DNA of 63,346 nt, the filler included, from Chiloscyllium plagiosum (lineage: Eukaryota): the NCBI RefSeq assembly GCF_004010195.1. It is 4 parts of one record of this genome, joined end to end, with 100 filler letters (N's around TTAATTAATTAA, not from the genome) between each part and the next. Parts side by side here need not be neighbours in the genome. Positions count along the whole stretch, not along the records: positions 40,940 to 58,521 come from NC_057715.1; positions 58,622 to 63,346 come from NC_057715.1; 2 more parts are not named here. One strand, 5' to 3'. The stretch's first letter is position 1, and every line of letters starts with the position of its first letter. This document shows positions 51,178 to 63,029 of this stretch, piece by piece. The position numbers and the translations under genes were made by a program. The notes beneath the pieces are model-generated. The model did no database searches. It was not told the origin of the DNA and saw nothing but the letters and a program-made list of their open reading frames with translations.

Positions 51178-51496
51178 AGTTAAACTATTTTTAATGCCTT
51201 CAGAACTTCAAGGTTAAATTTAGCCATGTAACGTCCTCTATGGCATATTTTATTTCCAAACCATACATCGTATTTTTGAAGTGCAATAATTCAACTGACA
51301 ATATATATCTTCAAATTACAGTGCAAATTATATTGTGAATTGCAACCAATTGGTAATGAAAGATGTGAGAAGAAAGAATAATTACAGGTTCCAATCTGCT
51401 GCATAATATTGTATATTTTAAGGGCATCAGTTTCTCCTTTAAGCAGTCTGAGCATCTTACTTTTATCACAGCTGACCCATCTTGCACTTAATCTCA

Positions 51497-51730
51497 AACA
51501 AAAAACAAAGAACTGTGGATGCTGGAAATCAGAAACAAAATCAGAAATTGTTGGAAAAACTCAGTAGGTCGGGCAGCATTCACAAAGAGAAATAGAGTTA
51601 ACTTTTTGGATCCAGTGACCCTTCTCTAGAACCTGAAGAAGAGTCACTGGACGCAAAATGTTAGTCCTGCTTTCTCTCCATAGATACTGCCAGAGCTGCT
51701 GAGTTTACCCGGCAATTTCTGATTGTGTTG
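51497..51730. mobile_element. Short palindromic PLE derivative
   Basis: CAGAAATTGTTGGAAAAACTCAG..TCCAGTGACCCTTC | CTGAAGAAGAGTCACTGGA..CTGAGTTTACCCGGCAATTTCTG; tail on left arm. Confidence 0.8.
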
Positions 51731-52462
51731 CCTTTTATCAACTTAAAAGATTACTCGATTCAGAAATGTTACAATAGCATCACCTTGGGATCTGAACAGG
51801 ATACCTATATCTTCTTTAGCTGTGCTTCTTCCATTTCTACCAAGACAGATCAGACATGAATATCTCAAATGACAAAACCAAACCAATCTCAAACATCTCT
51901 GTGAACACCTAGCAGCTACCAAGCTCACTTACTCTAGCCACTGAGGATAACACAGAAAAATCATGAGTATAAATCATAACTCTAGACCAGCTAAACCACC
52001 ACCCCAAAGCAAAATATCAGAGCAACAAATACTCAGTACAAACTCAGTGACAGAGCCTTCAAGTTGTTCACAACTTATTTCAATTATGTCAGCAAACCTT
52101 CATGGAATGCTATAAAGTAAGATCTTAAGAGATGAAAGGAGTAGGAGTCATGATGGCTGAGGTAATGTAGCAGACAATGTTGACGAGAGCACATTTGGTA
52201 AACATTGAGAACTGAAAATACATTAAGTGAAAAGGGCATTAGATCACATTTATGAGATTCTGCCATATGGTTCTTACTTATAGCCAGCAAAGACTGCTTA
52301 ACAGGAATAACTTTTGGCCCTTCAATTTGTTCAGCTGTTGTTTGTGAAAGTCTGTCCTCTTTTTCACTTACTTTTTTTGCCTCTTTCCTTGACAGTTTTG
52401 AAGTTTGTCGTAGATTACAATGATCTCTGAGGTTTTGGTGGTGTGTATTATAAGATAATATA

Positions 52463-52732
52463 CACCGGGTTCAATTCCCGACTCAGGCGACTGACTGTGT
52501 GGAGTTTGCACATTCTCCCCGTGTCTGCGTGGGTTTCCTCCGGGTGCTCCGGTTTCCTCCCACAGTCCAAAGATGTGCGGGTCAGGTGAATTGGCCATGC
52601 TAAATTGCCCATAGTGTTAGCTTAAAGGGGTAAATGTAATGGTATGGGTGGGTTGCGCTTCGGCGGGTCGGTGTGGACTTGTTGGGCCGAAGGGCCTGTT
52701 TCCACACTGTAAGTAATCTAATCTAATCTAAT
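52463..52732 (+). mobile_element. Young V-SINE, 5'-truncated
   Basis: CCGGGTTCAATTCCC..TGTGTGGAGTTTGCAC.., CpG-rich, (TAATC)n tail. Confidence 0.92.
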
Positions 52733-53019
52733 AACCTCTGATCTGTCCTTTAAGAGAAGTTCTGGACTTTGTGGTGAGTATTCAACAATGGTCCTGGTGA
52801 ATGTGCAGATTTTGTTTCTGTTTGCTGTTGTTCATTTCAAAATGCCCGGAGTAAGAGATGAAAAGCAAACACATCTTTGTAATTTTCTCTGAAAACAAAA
52901 CCACAAGCAAGCTCTGATGATCAATCTCGGCTGGAAACATTAGTTTGCTCTGTCTCCATGGATGCTGCCTGACCTGCTATAACTTTCAGCACTTTTGTTT
53001 TCAGTTTGTGATTTTCACC

Positions 53020-53240
53020 TCCATTACTGTCCTTCACCAGACTGAGTTCATTTATACTTTGAACAACTTCTCCTTTAACTCATCTTAGTTTCTCCAAGTC
53101 AAAGGTATGGACATGGGTACCACCCAGCTCTGCCTGCCACTTTGTGGGAGATGTGGTACATTCCTTGTTATAGTCCTACTCAGGCCCCCACCCACAACTC
53201 TTTCTCCAATATATTGAAGCTGTCTTAAGTCTTTCTTCCT
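53020..53240 (+). mobile_element. Decayed PLE reverse transcriptase fragment
   Basis: TLNNFSFNSS*FLQVKGMDMGT..FVGDV..PQLFLQYIE, a decayed PLE RT motif B (QxxGxAMG) to motif C (RYIDD) region. Confidence 0.7.
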
Positions 53241-53354
53241 GCTTTTATCCAAAATTGGAAAAAAAAATCATGTTTTTCTTCCCATTTCCAGTCTTCTGCA
53301 GTGTTTTCTTTCTTTGTTTCAGATTTCCAGCATCCAAAGTCTATTGCTTTTATT

Positions 53355-53630
53355 AGATACAGTGCAATCCATTCTTCAATCCAGCCCATCTTGAAACAGA
53401 CAGTCGGCTGTTTGAAGATGGGGTTCTAATGCATTGATCAATCTGGAATGGGGGGTTGCTGGCATTACACTCAGAGTGTCCCACACAATCCTAGCTTGTT
53501 GTCAGTTCTGAAGGAGACTGATGAGCTGGGAAAGCAGAGACAGTCTTCCAAGCAGGAAGAACATGACATTGAGCAGAAGGAACACAACCTTTTGCATGTT
53601 AGTGTATAGCAGCATCAGGCATTACAAGCC
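53355..53630 (+). mobile_element. Decayed PIF/Harbinger transposase C-terminal fragment
   Basis: RYSAIHSSIQPILKQTVGCLKMGF*CIDQSG..(frameshift)RVSHTILACC; aligns by eye with rc of 56180-56445. Confidence 0.7.
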
Positions 53631-55245
53631 ACAACAGAATTTATTGTGTGTTTGATATCACTAAGGGTCTAGCAATTAGCCTGTTTTGTTGGGTGACTAA
53701 TTCAAATTTACCACTTTAGTTGCCAGTGGACTTTATTGTTTTCACTGCTGTTTAAAAGGCTTGGTTCCCTTGGCACTAAATGGCTTTTTTAGACTTAGTG
53801 TTCTGATGGTTTCTCTGGAGGGGTTTCTGGTAAAGAGATGTTTCCTACATCTCAGTTCTGTAGACCTTCTGGGTGTTAGCTAGTCAGAAGGTTTTATTGA
53901 CAGTTCCTTGAAGAAAATATTTTTTGAATTCTTTTCTTCTCAATCTGACTCTATTCCTTAAGCTTCCCTCCTGCCATGATTCTTTAGGCAGTGTATCCCA
54001 CAGCTGGCATCCTTTTTATTGTGTGGTCTGATGCCTCACAAAGAGTTTAGATTCAAGAAAGACTGGTAAAAGAGAAGGAAAAATGAAAAACTTCTACTGG
54101 CTTAGACTTCTATGTAAAACTATTTATTAAATTTTAATATAAAAAATTGTTATACTTGGTAATCATAGATATAGCAGGCCATGATTTTATAGTTAGATTA
54201 TGTAAGGAATAATAGATCTTCTTCATAAATTCATGTCCATTTGCTCTCAAGACTCTCCATCATTCTAGTGTGTAGTCTGACCCAAGATAGAATAGGCTGC
54301 TATGTTCTCACTCTTCCTATACAGTGCTTTTGATGCCCAGTGATGTGCAGCTCTGTGATATAATTGCCAAGTATTGCAGGACCTTGAAATCCTTGTACAA
54401 AACTGTTCTCATCTAAAAAGATAGACTGTCTTAAATAGAGACAATCTTCATGTGGATGAAACATTGCATTTCAGGAATGGTATTAAACCCTGCAGATGCC
54501 TGAATGGCTGCGAGTGACAATAAAATTTTAGATTTTAAGTAATGCTGATCTCTGGAAAATAATACTTGCCCATGGGAAAGTAATGACATTGTTTGACCTA
54601 GCAAACAGTACATCAATGTTAAACATTCACTAGCTACAAATTGATTAATGTTCACTGTGAGAGCCTGGTATTAGCTGGAGATGTAGAAATCCTGGGAGAA
54701 ATAGGTTAAATAATCCAACTCCATGTTAGGGACAGTGGCTTTCATCAGTTTATAATAGTTGATTCTGACATCTAAAGGGTAAAGTGTTATACCACGTTAA
54801 GATTAAACACGTATTTTAGTCCTCACCAGTTATAAGCTGTGGTTCATAAAACAGCTATCACGGTTCAAACTCTGAATTATTATCTTAAACCTCTTTGTGT
54901 TTGTTACCAAATTACTTTTGAAACATTTGTCAAAATCGAATACTTCATTGCTCAGTTTTAGGAACTTTTGGCTGGATCCTGCTTCATCTCTGATGAATGC
55001 CTTTGCAAAGCAATTCGTTCAAGGCATGGTTTATGTTATAAGGCTGTTATAACACTGTTCTTGATTCAGTCACAGTTGGAAACACCTTAAATGGACAATA
55101 ATCATTGCAGTAATTCTTCCCATGATCGAAAAATGTATATTTTTCATTTGTGACTCTAAACATTCCAACATCAGTTTTCCCTAGTCAGTAGTTTCAGTTT
55201 TGTGTGTAAGGACTAATGTAGCAGGCTGAATCTTACCCAAAATAG

Positions 55246-55507
55246 CAAGGTTTGTGAAGGTTTGTAGCTCAGGTTGAGGTTTAGGGTGTAGGTTTGCTCA
55301 CGGAGCTGTAGGTTTGATATCCAGACGTTTCATTACCTGGCTAGGTAACATCATCAGTGGCGACCTCCAAGTGAAGCCACTGATGGCTTCACTTGGAGGT
55401 CACCACTGATGTTACCTAGGCAGGTAATGAAATGTCTGGATATCAAACCTACAGCTCAGCGAGCAAATCTACACCTCACACCCTCTTAACACCTCCCCCC
55501 CCCCCCC
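55246..55507. mobile_element. Penelope/Poseidon-type PLE hairpin insertion (no coding sequence)
   Basis: Inverted arms around GAAGCCACTGATGGCTTC; tail on left arm; exact TSD CTTACCCAAAATAG at 55232-55245 and 55508-55521. Confidence 0.92.
55321..55360 (-). ncRNA. Minimal type I hammerhead ribozyme motif, intact
   Basis: rc CCA-CUGAUGA-U-GUUACCU(AGCC)AGGUAAU-GAAA-CGUC-UGG. Confidence 0.78.
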
Positions 55508-56959
55508 CTTACCCAAAATAGATTAAGTGTCAATTTTGTTGAGTTCCATGGAGGTTTTATTTTCACAAGGTTTGCCAGGTTTTCTCACACTGGCATCCCA
55601 AACTCACCTCATTTGCCATGCATCACACTCCAAAGCACCCTACTTCTCCTATTGTCCCACTTTCATACATGTAAGTTCTCACACCGTCATGGTACCTGGA
55701 ATCACTGGGACTGTCATTATCTATGAACTCTAACTGTATACTTGATCAAGAATTGGCAGTCCAGAGTGCATGTTGTGGGACAGGAATCACAAAGCAATGT
55801 TTCTTAGGGCACTTCGGCAGCATGGTTGACACATGGAACTGCACATTCCTACATTTATCACTGTTTAAGCACAAATCCACACTTTGTCCTTAGCCACATC
55901 CAATCTTATAACCCTGTCTAGTCCACCGCCACTCTTTCCCAATGTCCACTGTCCCCAACATCTTATTGTTCAATGCAGAACAATCACATACAAGAAAGCC
56001 TTCAAATGCTACAAGCTGTTGACTTTTATTCAGCAACAATAAAACTGAACAAAAAAAATGAAACAACTTTACTCTTGGAACAGGTTGTTTACCTTTTGAG
56101 CAACAATAATGTTGTAGTCAAACGAGTTGCCACTGCACACAACTCAGACTTATTGGAACTGGGTGTCAAACAGTTTTTCCTGACCTGTGCTGCCTGACCC
56201 TGTTGTGCTCCATTTTGCAGAAGGTGATGTTCCTCCTGCTCAAAGTTCTCATCCTCCTCCTTGTAGACTGCTCCGTCTGTCCCTGCTCACCAACCTCCAT
56301 CACATCCCTTCTTTCCATGCTCCAGTTATGCAGAGCACAGCATACTAGTAATATGTGGCCCATTTAGTCTGAAGTGAATGAGAAGGCATCACCACACTGA
56401 ACCAAACATTGGAATTTCATTTTCAGGAGACCTATCGTCTAATCCTCATGGCACTGATCAATAGTGGGCTTTCTACCTCATACAAAATACTGAAGAAGGC
56501 TCAAAGAACTGAAGAAAACTTACACTGGACTCCAGTGTTGACTCTGTTTCTCTCTCCATAGGTGCTACCTGACTTGCTGAGTTTCTCCAGTATTCTCTAT
56601 ACTTGCTTGCATTATATTTAACCTTTGTCTTCAGTCAAAGGGTTGCATAACAAAATCATCAGCCATGTCTGCAGAAGGTATCCTTTGCCCATTAATCATC
56701 CAATGAAGGCATCTGACACCTCAAATGCAGCAATAGCACAAGATCTCTCATTGGCATCATGGCAGCTCCCAGAGACTGAATGTGATACTTCTATTTATTA
56801 TGTCTCATTACTCATTCATTTATCCTGAGCATAAATTGCACTTTTATGATAAGAATGTGATGCCACTAGCATAGGTAGATTCAGCATTAAATCATAAAAC
56901 AATGACATATCAGCAAGCTATTATATGGCATGAACACATTAATCAGAAAGAGACTGGTA

Positions 56960-57560
56960 TACAAGGACACCCACATCTCCTTGTACTTTCCCCTTTTTCT
57001 AATCTGTCACCATTCAGATAATAATCTGCCCTCCTGTTTTTTGCTAGCAAAATGGAGGTCCTCACATTTATCTACATTATACTTCATCTGTCCACTCATT
57101 CAACTTTCAAAATCACACTGACGTATCTCTGCATCTTCCTCACAGCTCGCCCTCCCACCTAGCACTGTGCCATGTGCAAACTTGGAAATATTACATTTAG
57201 TTCGGAAAATAAAATAATGCGGGAAATAACAATAGGTGAAGCAGCACCCATGGAGAGAGAGCAAGCTAACATTTCGAGTCCAGATGAGTCTTCATCAGAG
57301 TCTATTACATTTAATTCTCTCATCGACATCATTGATGTATTTATGAATAGTTGGGGTACAAGCACTGATCTCTGTGGTAGTCCACCAGTCACTGGCTGCC
57401 ACGAGAAAAAAAAACCTGTTTACTCCTACTCTTTGTTTCCTCTCTACCGCCAATTCTCTAGCCGTGTCAGTACACCACTCCCTATTCCATGTGCTTTAAT
57501 TTTATATGCTAATCTCTTATGTTGGACCTTATCAAAACCTTGAAAATCCAAGTAAACCAC
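56960..57560 (-). mobile_element. Old CR1 RT fragment containing a short PLE arm (~57215-57300)
   Basis: VTGGLPQRSVLVPQLFINT..; ..RLSEW*QIRK..KYKEMWV. Confidence 0.7.
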
Positions 57561-58098
57561 ATCCATTATTATTAATTACCAATATAAACTGATTGTTATT
57601 GTTAATTTCTGTTTCAGCAGATAAAACCATTAATCAAAATCAAGCACAGGGTTCTGCTTTCACATCAGGTTAGAACCAAGAAACAAAGTAGCACAGGGAA
57701 AGACAGACCCTGTTGGTGTCATGGTGTTATAATGGGCACAGGCGAAGCAGTGTGAGTAGCTTTTTATTACTATGATCACTTCCTGACAGAGGCAAAAGAC
57801 AAATTTGCTCCAGGTGTTGCTTTAACGAGTTTTTTTCCTTAATAGCCCTTTTCTTCTGCCTCTTCTAACGTTTTTTTTTATTGCAGTGAGAATCTTTGAT
57901 TTCTCTTCAGGTGTACAATGAAATTATCACAAGCAACAGATGTACCATGCTAAAAAAAAACTCATTCTGAGTTGTAGCAAGGACCTGAGGATATAATGAT
58001 ACTGGAATAGATGGAATACTGGATTTCGAGTACAGATATTCATATGTATAAAGATATCTGTTCAGGTCACCATTCCTCATGATACTGGATTCCAGGGA

Positions 58099-58521
58099 TG
58101 GTTGATGGAAAAGCGCAGCAGGTCAGGCAGCATCTAGGGAACAGGAGAATCAACGTTTCGGGCATTAGCCCTTCTTCAGGAATGGGGAAAGTTTGTCCAG
58201 CAGGCGAAGATAAAAGATAGGGAGGAGGGACTTGGGGGAGGGGGCGTCGGAAATGTGAAAATGTGATAGGTGGAAAGAGGTCAAGGTGAGGGTGATAGGT
58301 CAGACTGGGGTGGGGGCGGAGAGGTCGGGAAGAAGATTGCAGGTTAGGAAAGCAGTGCTGAATTTGATGGATTTGACTGAGACAGGCTGGGGGGAGGGGA
58401 AATGAGGAAACTGGTGAAATCCGAGTTCATCCCTTGTGGTTGGAGGGTTCCTAGCCGGAAGATGAGGCGTTCTTCCTCCAACCGTCGTTTTGTTGTGGTC
58501 TGACGATGGAGGAGTCCAAGG
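58099..58521 (-). mobile_element. Young Neptune-type PLE 3' portion running into a gap
   Basis: rc LGLLHRQTTTKRRLEEERLIFRLGTLQPQGMNSDFTSF (GIY-YIG C-terminus), 3' UTR, hammerhead CUGAAGA-A-GGGC(UAAU)GCCC-GAAACGUU at 58150-58182. Confidence 0.88.
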
Positions 58522-58621
58522 NNNNNNNNNNNNNNNNNNNNNNNNNNNNNNNNNNNNNNNNNNNNTTAATTAATTAANNNNNNNNNNNNNNNNNNNNNNN
58601 NNNNNNNNNNNNNNNNNNNNN
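58522..58621. other. Assembly spacer N44-TTAATTAATTAA-N44
   Basis: 100 bp, same linker. Confidence 0.97.
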
Positions 58622-59162
58622 ACCAACACTCTCAAACAAAAACTAACAAACTTAAAAGACCCAGTACAACCCATGGAAAAAACCAACGTCATCTACAAAA
58701 TTCGATGCAAGGACTGCCACAAACACTACGTAGGACAAACAGGAAGAAAGTTAGCCACCAGGATACACGAACACCAGCTAGCCACAAAAAGACACGGCCC
58801 TCTCTCCCTCGTAGCCCTACACACGCATGAAAAAAAACATCATTTTGACTGGGTCAACACATCTATCCTGGGACAGGCTAAGCAAAGACATGCCAGAGAA
58901 TTCCCTGAGGCCTGGCACTCCAATCACAATGCCATAAACAAACACATAGATCTAGATGCCATCTATCAACCCCTCAGAAAACAAACAGGAAATGACATCT
59001 CCACAAGCCCCGGGAACCCCATCCAGGAGAAAGATATAAATAGAAAACAGGAGACAACAGCTTCGCTTCACTTGGAGGTCGCCACTGATGATGTTACCTA
59101 GCCAGGTAATGAAACGTCTGGATATCAAACCTACAGCTCAGCGAGCAAACCTACACCCTAAA
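58622..59162 (+). mobile_element. Penelope/Poseidon-type PLE: GIY-YIG endonuclease domain and 3' end
   Basis: KTNVIYKIRCKDCHKHYVGQTGRKLATRIHEH..AREFPEAWHS..INKHIDLDAIYQPL, open from the gap to the stop at 59101. Confidence 0.92.
59082..59121 (+). ncRNA. Minimal type I hammerhead ribozyme motif, intact, overlapping the PLE ORF stop codon
   Basis: CCA-CUGAUGA-U-GUUACCU(AGCC)AGGUAAU-GAAA-CGUC-UGG: 3-bp stem I, 7-bp stem II, palindromic stem III, GUC triplet at 59116-59118. Confidence 0.8.
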
Positions 59163-59523
59163 GGTGTAGAAATACACCAACTCTACACTGTCCTTTAATA
59201 AAAAAAAACAAATGGCTCCAAATATATCTGGAAGATAAGCAATTAGTTTTGATCTAGGTAGCTAATGATGCATTTGCTGAACAAAACATGTTTTTAGTAA
59301 CACAGAAAGTTATATTTTACAAATCAATTGATAGATGATGCCATGAAAAGACTTCTGAATGTCTTGTTTATCATCAGCAAGGACTTTTGTAATGTACTTG
59401 GCTATTTTTGCATAGGTGCTAATATTGCAGTCAAGGGGAGGACAAAGACGGAGTATGGCCATAAAAGGACAGCAGCAAATTGGGTCAAAGGTGGAAGAAT
59501 GGCAAAAAAAATAAAAAATTAAT

Positions 59524-60510
59524 TAATGATCATCCTGGAGTCCAGTTACTAGTGGTATACCGCAAGGGTCGGTGTTGGGTCCACTGCTGTTCGTCATTTT
59601 TACAAAGGACCTGGATGAGGGCATAGAAGGGTGGGTTAGTAAATTCACAGATGACACGAAAGTCGGTGGAGTTGCGGATAGTGACGAAGGATGTTGAAGA
59701 TTACAGAGAGACATAGATAAGCTGCAGAGCTGGGCTGAGAGGTGGCAATGGAGTTTAATGCGGACAAGTGTGAGNNNNNNNNNNNNNNNNNNNNNNNNGG
59801 CATAAGCCCTTCCCGAAACGTCGATTCTCCTGTTCCCTGGATGCTGCCTGACCTGCTGCGCTTTTCCAGCAACACATTTCCAGGGTTGTTAAGAAGGCAT
59901 ACAGTGTTTTAGCTTTTAGATTAATAGAGGGATTGAGTTCCAGAACCATGAGATTATGCTGCGGCTGCACTTGGAGTATTGTGTACAGTTCTGGTCACCA
60001 CATTATAAGAAGGATGTGGAAGCTTTGGAAAAGGTGCAGAGGAGATTTACGAGGATGTTGCCTGGTATGAAGGGGAGGTCTTACGAGGAAAGGCTAAGGG
60101 ACTTGAGGCTGATTTTGTTGGAGAGAAGAAGGTTGAGAGGTGACTTAATAGATACATATAAGATAATCAGAGAATTCGATAGGGTGGACAGGGAGAGCCT
60201 TATTCCAAGTATGGTGACGGCTAGCACAAGGGGACATAGCTTTAAATTGAGGGGTAATAGATATAGGACAGATGTCAGAGGTAGTTTCTTTACTCAGAGA
60301 GTAGTAAAGGTATGGAAAGCTTTGTCTGCAACTGTAGTAGATTCACCAACTTTAGGTACATTTAAGACGTCATTGGACAAGCATATGGACGTACATGGAA
60401 TAGTGTAGGTTAGATAGGCTTCAGATTGGTATGACTGGTCGGTGCAACATCGAGGGCTGAAGGGCCTCTACTGCGCTGTAATGTTCTTTGTTCTATGCTC
60501 TATGTTTTAT
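59524..60510 (+). mobile_element. CR1 RT to 3' end, interrupted by a 24-N gap (59775-59798) and a PLE arm (59799-59883)
   Basis: [50 protein letters not shown]; (TTCTATG)-type tail. Confidence 0.92.
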
Positions 60511-60599
60511 GAAACTTTACTTAAATGCAATTTGAATCCAGAACAAATTAAATTAATTTATAGCACAAATAAAAGTTAATGAACAAGATATTCTAGCCA

Positions 60600-62250
60600 T
60601 TAAAGGCATGATTACAAGGAGATGAAAGCTGAAGCTAAATATTCAGGTATACTTTTAAACTTTTGACTTTTAAAAAGAACAGACAAAGAGAAAGCGTTGT
60701 AGTGTAACATTGCTGGTAGAGCAAGAAAAGAATGTGATTTCAGGTTGGAAGATCTAGAACTCATATGTGTGGAGGTAGGAAAAACAAGGATAAGAAAACA
60801 CTGGTGGGAAGCGGTTCTCAGCTCCATAAACATAGCTATACTATTGAACAGCAAATCAATCAATAGGTGATGGGGACATGGAAGAAAAAAGAATTTAATC
60901 TTGGGATAGATTGGAAAAGTAAAATTTGAAAAAATACCTACAGGACAGAGTTCATACAGTGTTTTCAAGACAAATTACTATAGCAGTATATCATGAATCC
61001 TAATAATGGATCTAAACATATGTGAGAAGGCAGGTTTAATAAATTGTCACAGAGTAAAATGACAGAGTAATTCAGAAATTACTCTCCTTTTGGTTTTGCT
61101 TTATAATTTAGCCCCAAGCTGCTCAGCAGAACCTCTTTCTACCTATTTTGTTGGTAAATAATCTTTGGATTACTGCTGGAGCCACAAGGAAATTGACACA
61201 GAGTCAACAAGATTAAAGAGCATGACTCAAAGTTTGGTGTGGGAGAAACAGGTTAGAATTCATGCAACGTTTGTATCCATACTAGGGAAGGAGGGAATTG
61301 TTCCAATGGGATGGGCTCCACTTGAAACATGCTGGGACCAGAGCCCCGACAAACCACATAACCATGGCTGCCGGGACTTCAAGTAGATGTACTGGTAGAA
61401 ATCTTGCAAGAAGATTTAGATTCTGGAAAATCCAAGAGTATTAGAAAACTGCCAATGTAATCCTTAGTCAAAAGTAAGGGAGACAAGAATAGGAAACTAC
61501 AGGCTAGTTGGTTTAATTTCAGTTATTAGGAAAATGTTGGAGTCTATTTCTAAAGGATGAAATACTGACGTATTTAGAAATGTATAACATAATCAAACAG
61601 AGTTACTATGGCTTCAAAAAGGAAAATCAGACTTGCAAAAATTATTTATTACTAGATCCAATACTCTTATGCACTTTAGCCTGAAAGATTGAGGAATTGC
61701 ATTTTATTTAAACGAAGGTAGACTGCAAAAAGCTACAGCATATAGACATAGGAGTTGAGCAGAAATCACCAGAAAAAGCTAGCTGTCAAATTCAGGACGA
61801 AATAGGGAAACAAATGTAATGTTCATAGAATCATAGAATCCCTAGAGTGTAAAAACAGGCCCAACAAGTCCACACCAACCCTCTGAAGAGTATCTCACCC
61901 AAAGCTATTCCCCTACGCTATTACTCTACATTTATTCCTGACTAATGCACCTAACCCACACATCGCTGAACATTATGGACAATTTAGCATGGCCAATTCA
62001 CCTAACCTGCACATCTTTGGATTTGAATGTTAGCCTTTATTTCAAAAGAAAGGGAGTATAAACACAGGGATGCTTTGCTAAAACTATACAAGGTACTAAA
62101 GACCATATTTGGCATATTGCGAACAATTTTGATCTCAAAACCAAAATAAAAACATATTGGTGTTTAAGGCAGTTCAAAGAAGATTCACTTGGCTAATTCT
62201 GGATATGGAGAGATTGTTTTACGAGGAGAGGTTAAGTAGGTTGTGCCTGT
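60600..62250 (+). mobile_element. Old, degraded CR1 ORF2
   Basis: Remnants such as NYRLVGLISVIRKMLES, LLKLYKVL..AYCEQF, FYEERLSRL. Confidence 0.65.
61824..62023 (-). mobile_element. V-SINE 3' half nested in old CR1
   Basis: CATAGAATCATAGAATCCC tail; CAATTTAGCATGGCCAATTCACCTAACCTGCACATCTTTGGA. Confidence 0.85.
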
Positions 62251-63029
62251 CACTGCATAATTAATTTACTAAAAAAACTTTTTTGCTGTATTTTGTTTTA
62301 TTCATTAATATTATTACAAAAGGACAATTCAATGTAATATCATGTATTAAGAGAGAAAATTTAGGCAGAATTAATTAAGAATTCTTAGGAGCAAATTAGG
62401 TGGAAATAAAAGCCAACAAATTTCAAGTTTTCATAAAACAACCTTATTTATCTAAGTTTCCACTGAATGTGTCAATCCCAATTGCCTCAGAAATTACTAT
62501 TTATTTCTCATAGCAATTTATCCTGTTTGCTTTCATGGACTCCCAGCAACTTAATCTGTTTGATAATCTATGGATCGTTTTTAATGTTTACTTCATGTCA
62601 AAATTGCAGTCAATGAGTTTGAGAGAGAAAAAGCTTCAATGGCTGGAATTGTTGCTAACACAAAAGAAAGTAACTGCCCTGTAATTGTTACATTGTTGTC
62701 ATGTTTCCTGAGGGGAATGCTTTTTATCAAATCATTTTCTGCAGATTCACCAATATGTTTTTTTCTATTATAACAGATGTTGTAATTTATTTTGATTTTT
62801 TTTTCTATTTCCAATTAGCTCAATTCACAACTTTACTATTAATGGGGCAACCCACAACAGCCAACAGAGAGGCTTGTGACACAACATGGCAGGTCGCCCA
62901 CCAGTTCATAATCATCTTCAACAGAAAGACTGCTATATTTGCCTGACTACTAATCAAATTCAACTTTTCATTATTAATAACTTGTGGGGTCATATTTTGA
63001 CAGAGATTTCACTGGACTGGCTGTATGAA

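Larger units (their letters stand above)
55223..56887 (-). mobile_element. Internally deleted PIF/Harbinger DNA transposon
   Basis: 56290-56440 minus: TIGLLKMKFQCLVQCGDAFSFTSD*MGHILLVCCALHNW (DDE_Tnp_4/HARBI1-type C-terminus). Imperfect TIRs GCTGAATCTTACC (55225-55237) / GGTAGATTCAGC (56874-56885). Confidence 0.7.

Noticed and set aside
56166..56445. Domesticated HARBI1 gene exon
   Set aside because: In-frame stops, fragmentary, and a second decayed copy nearby
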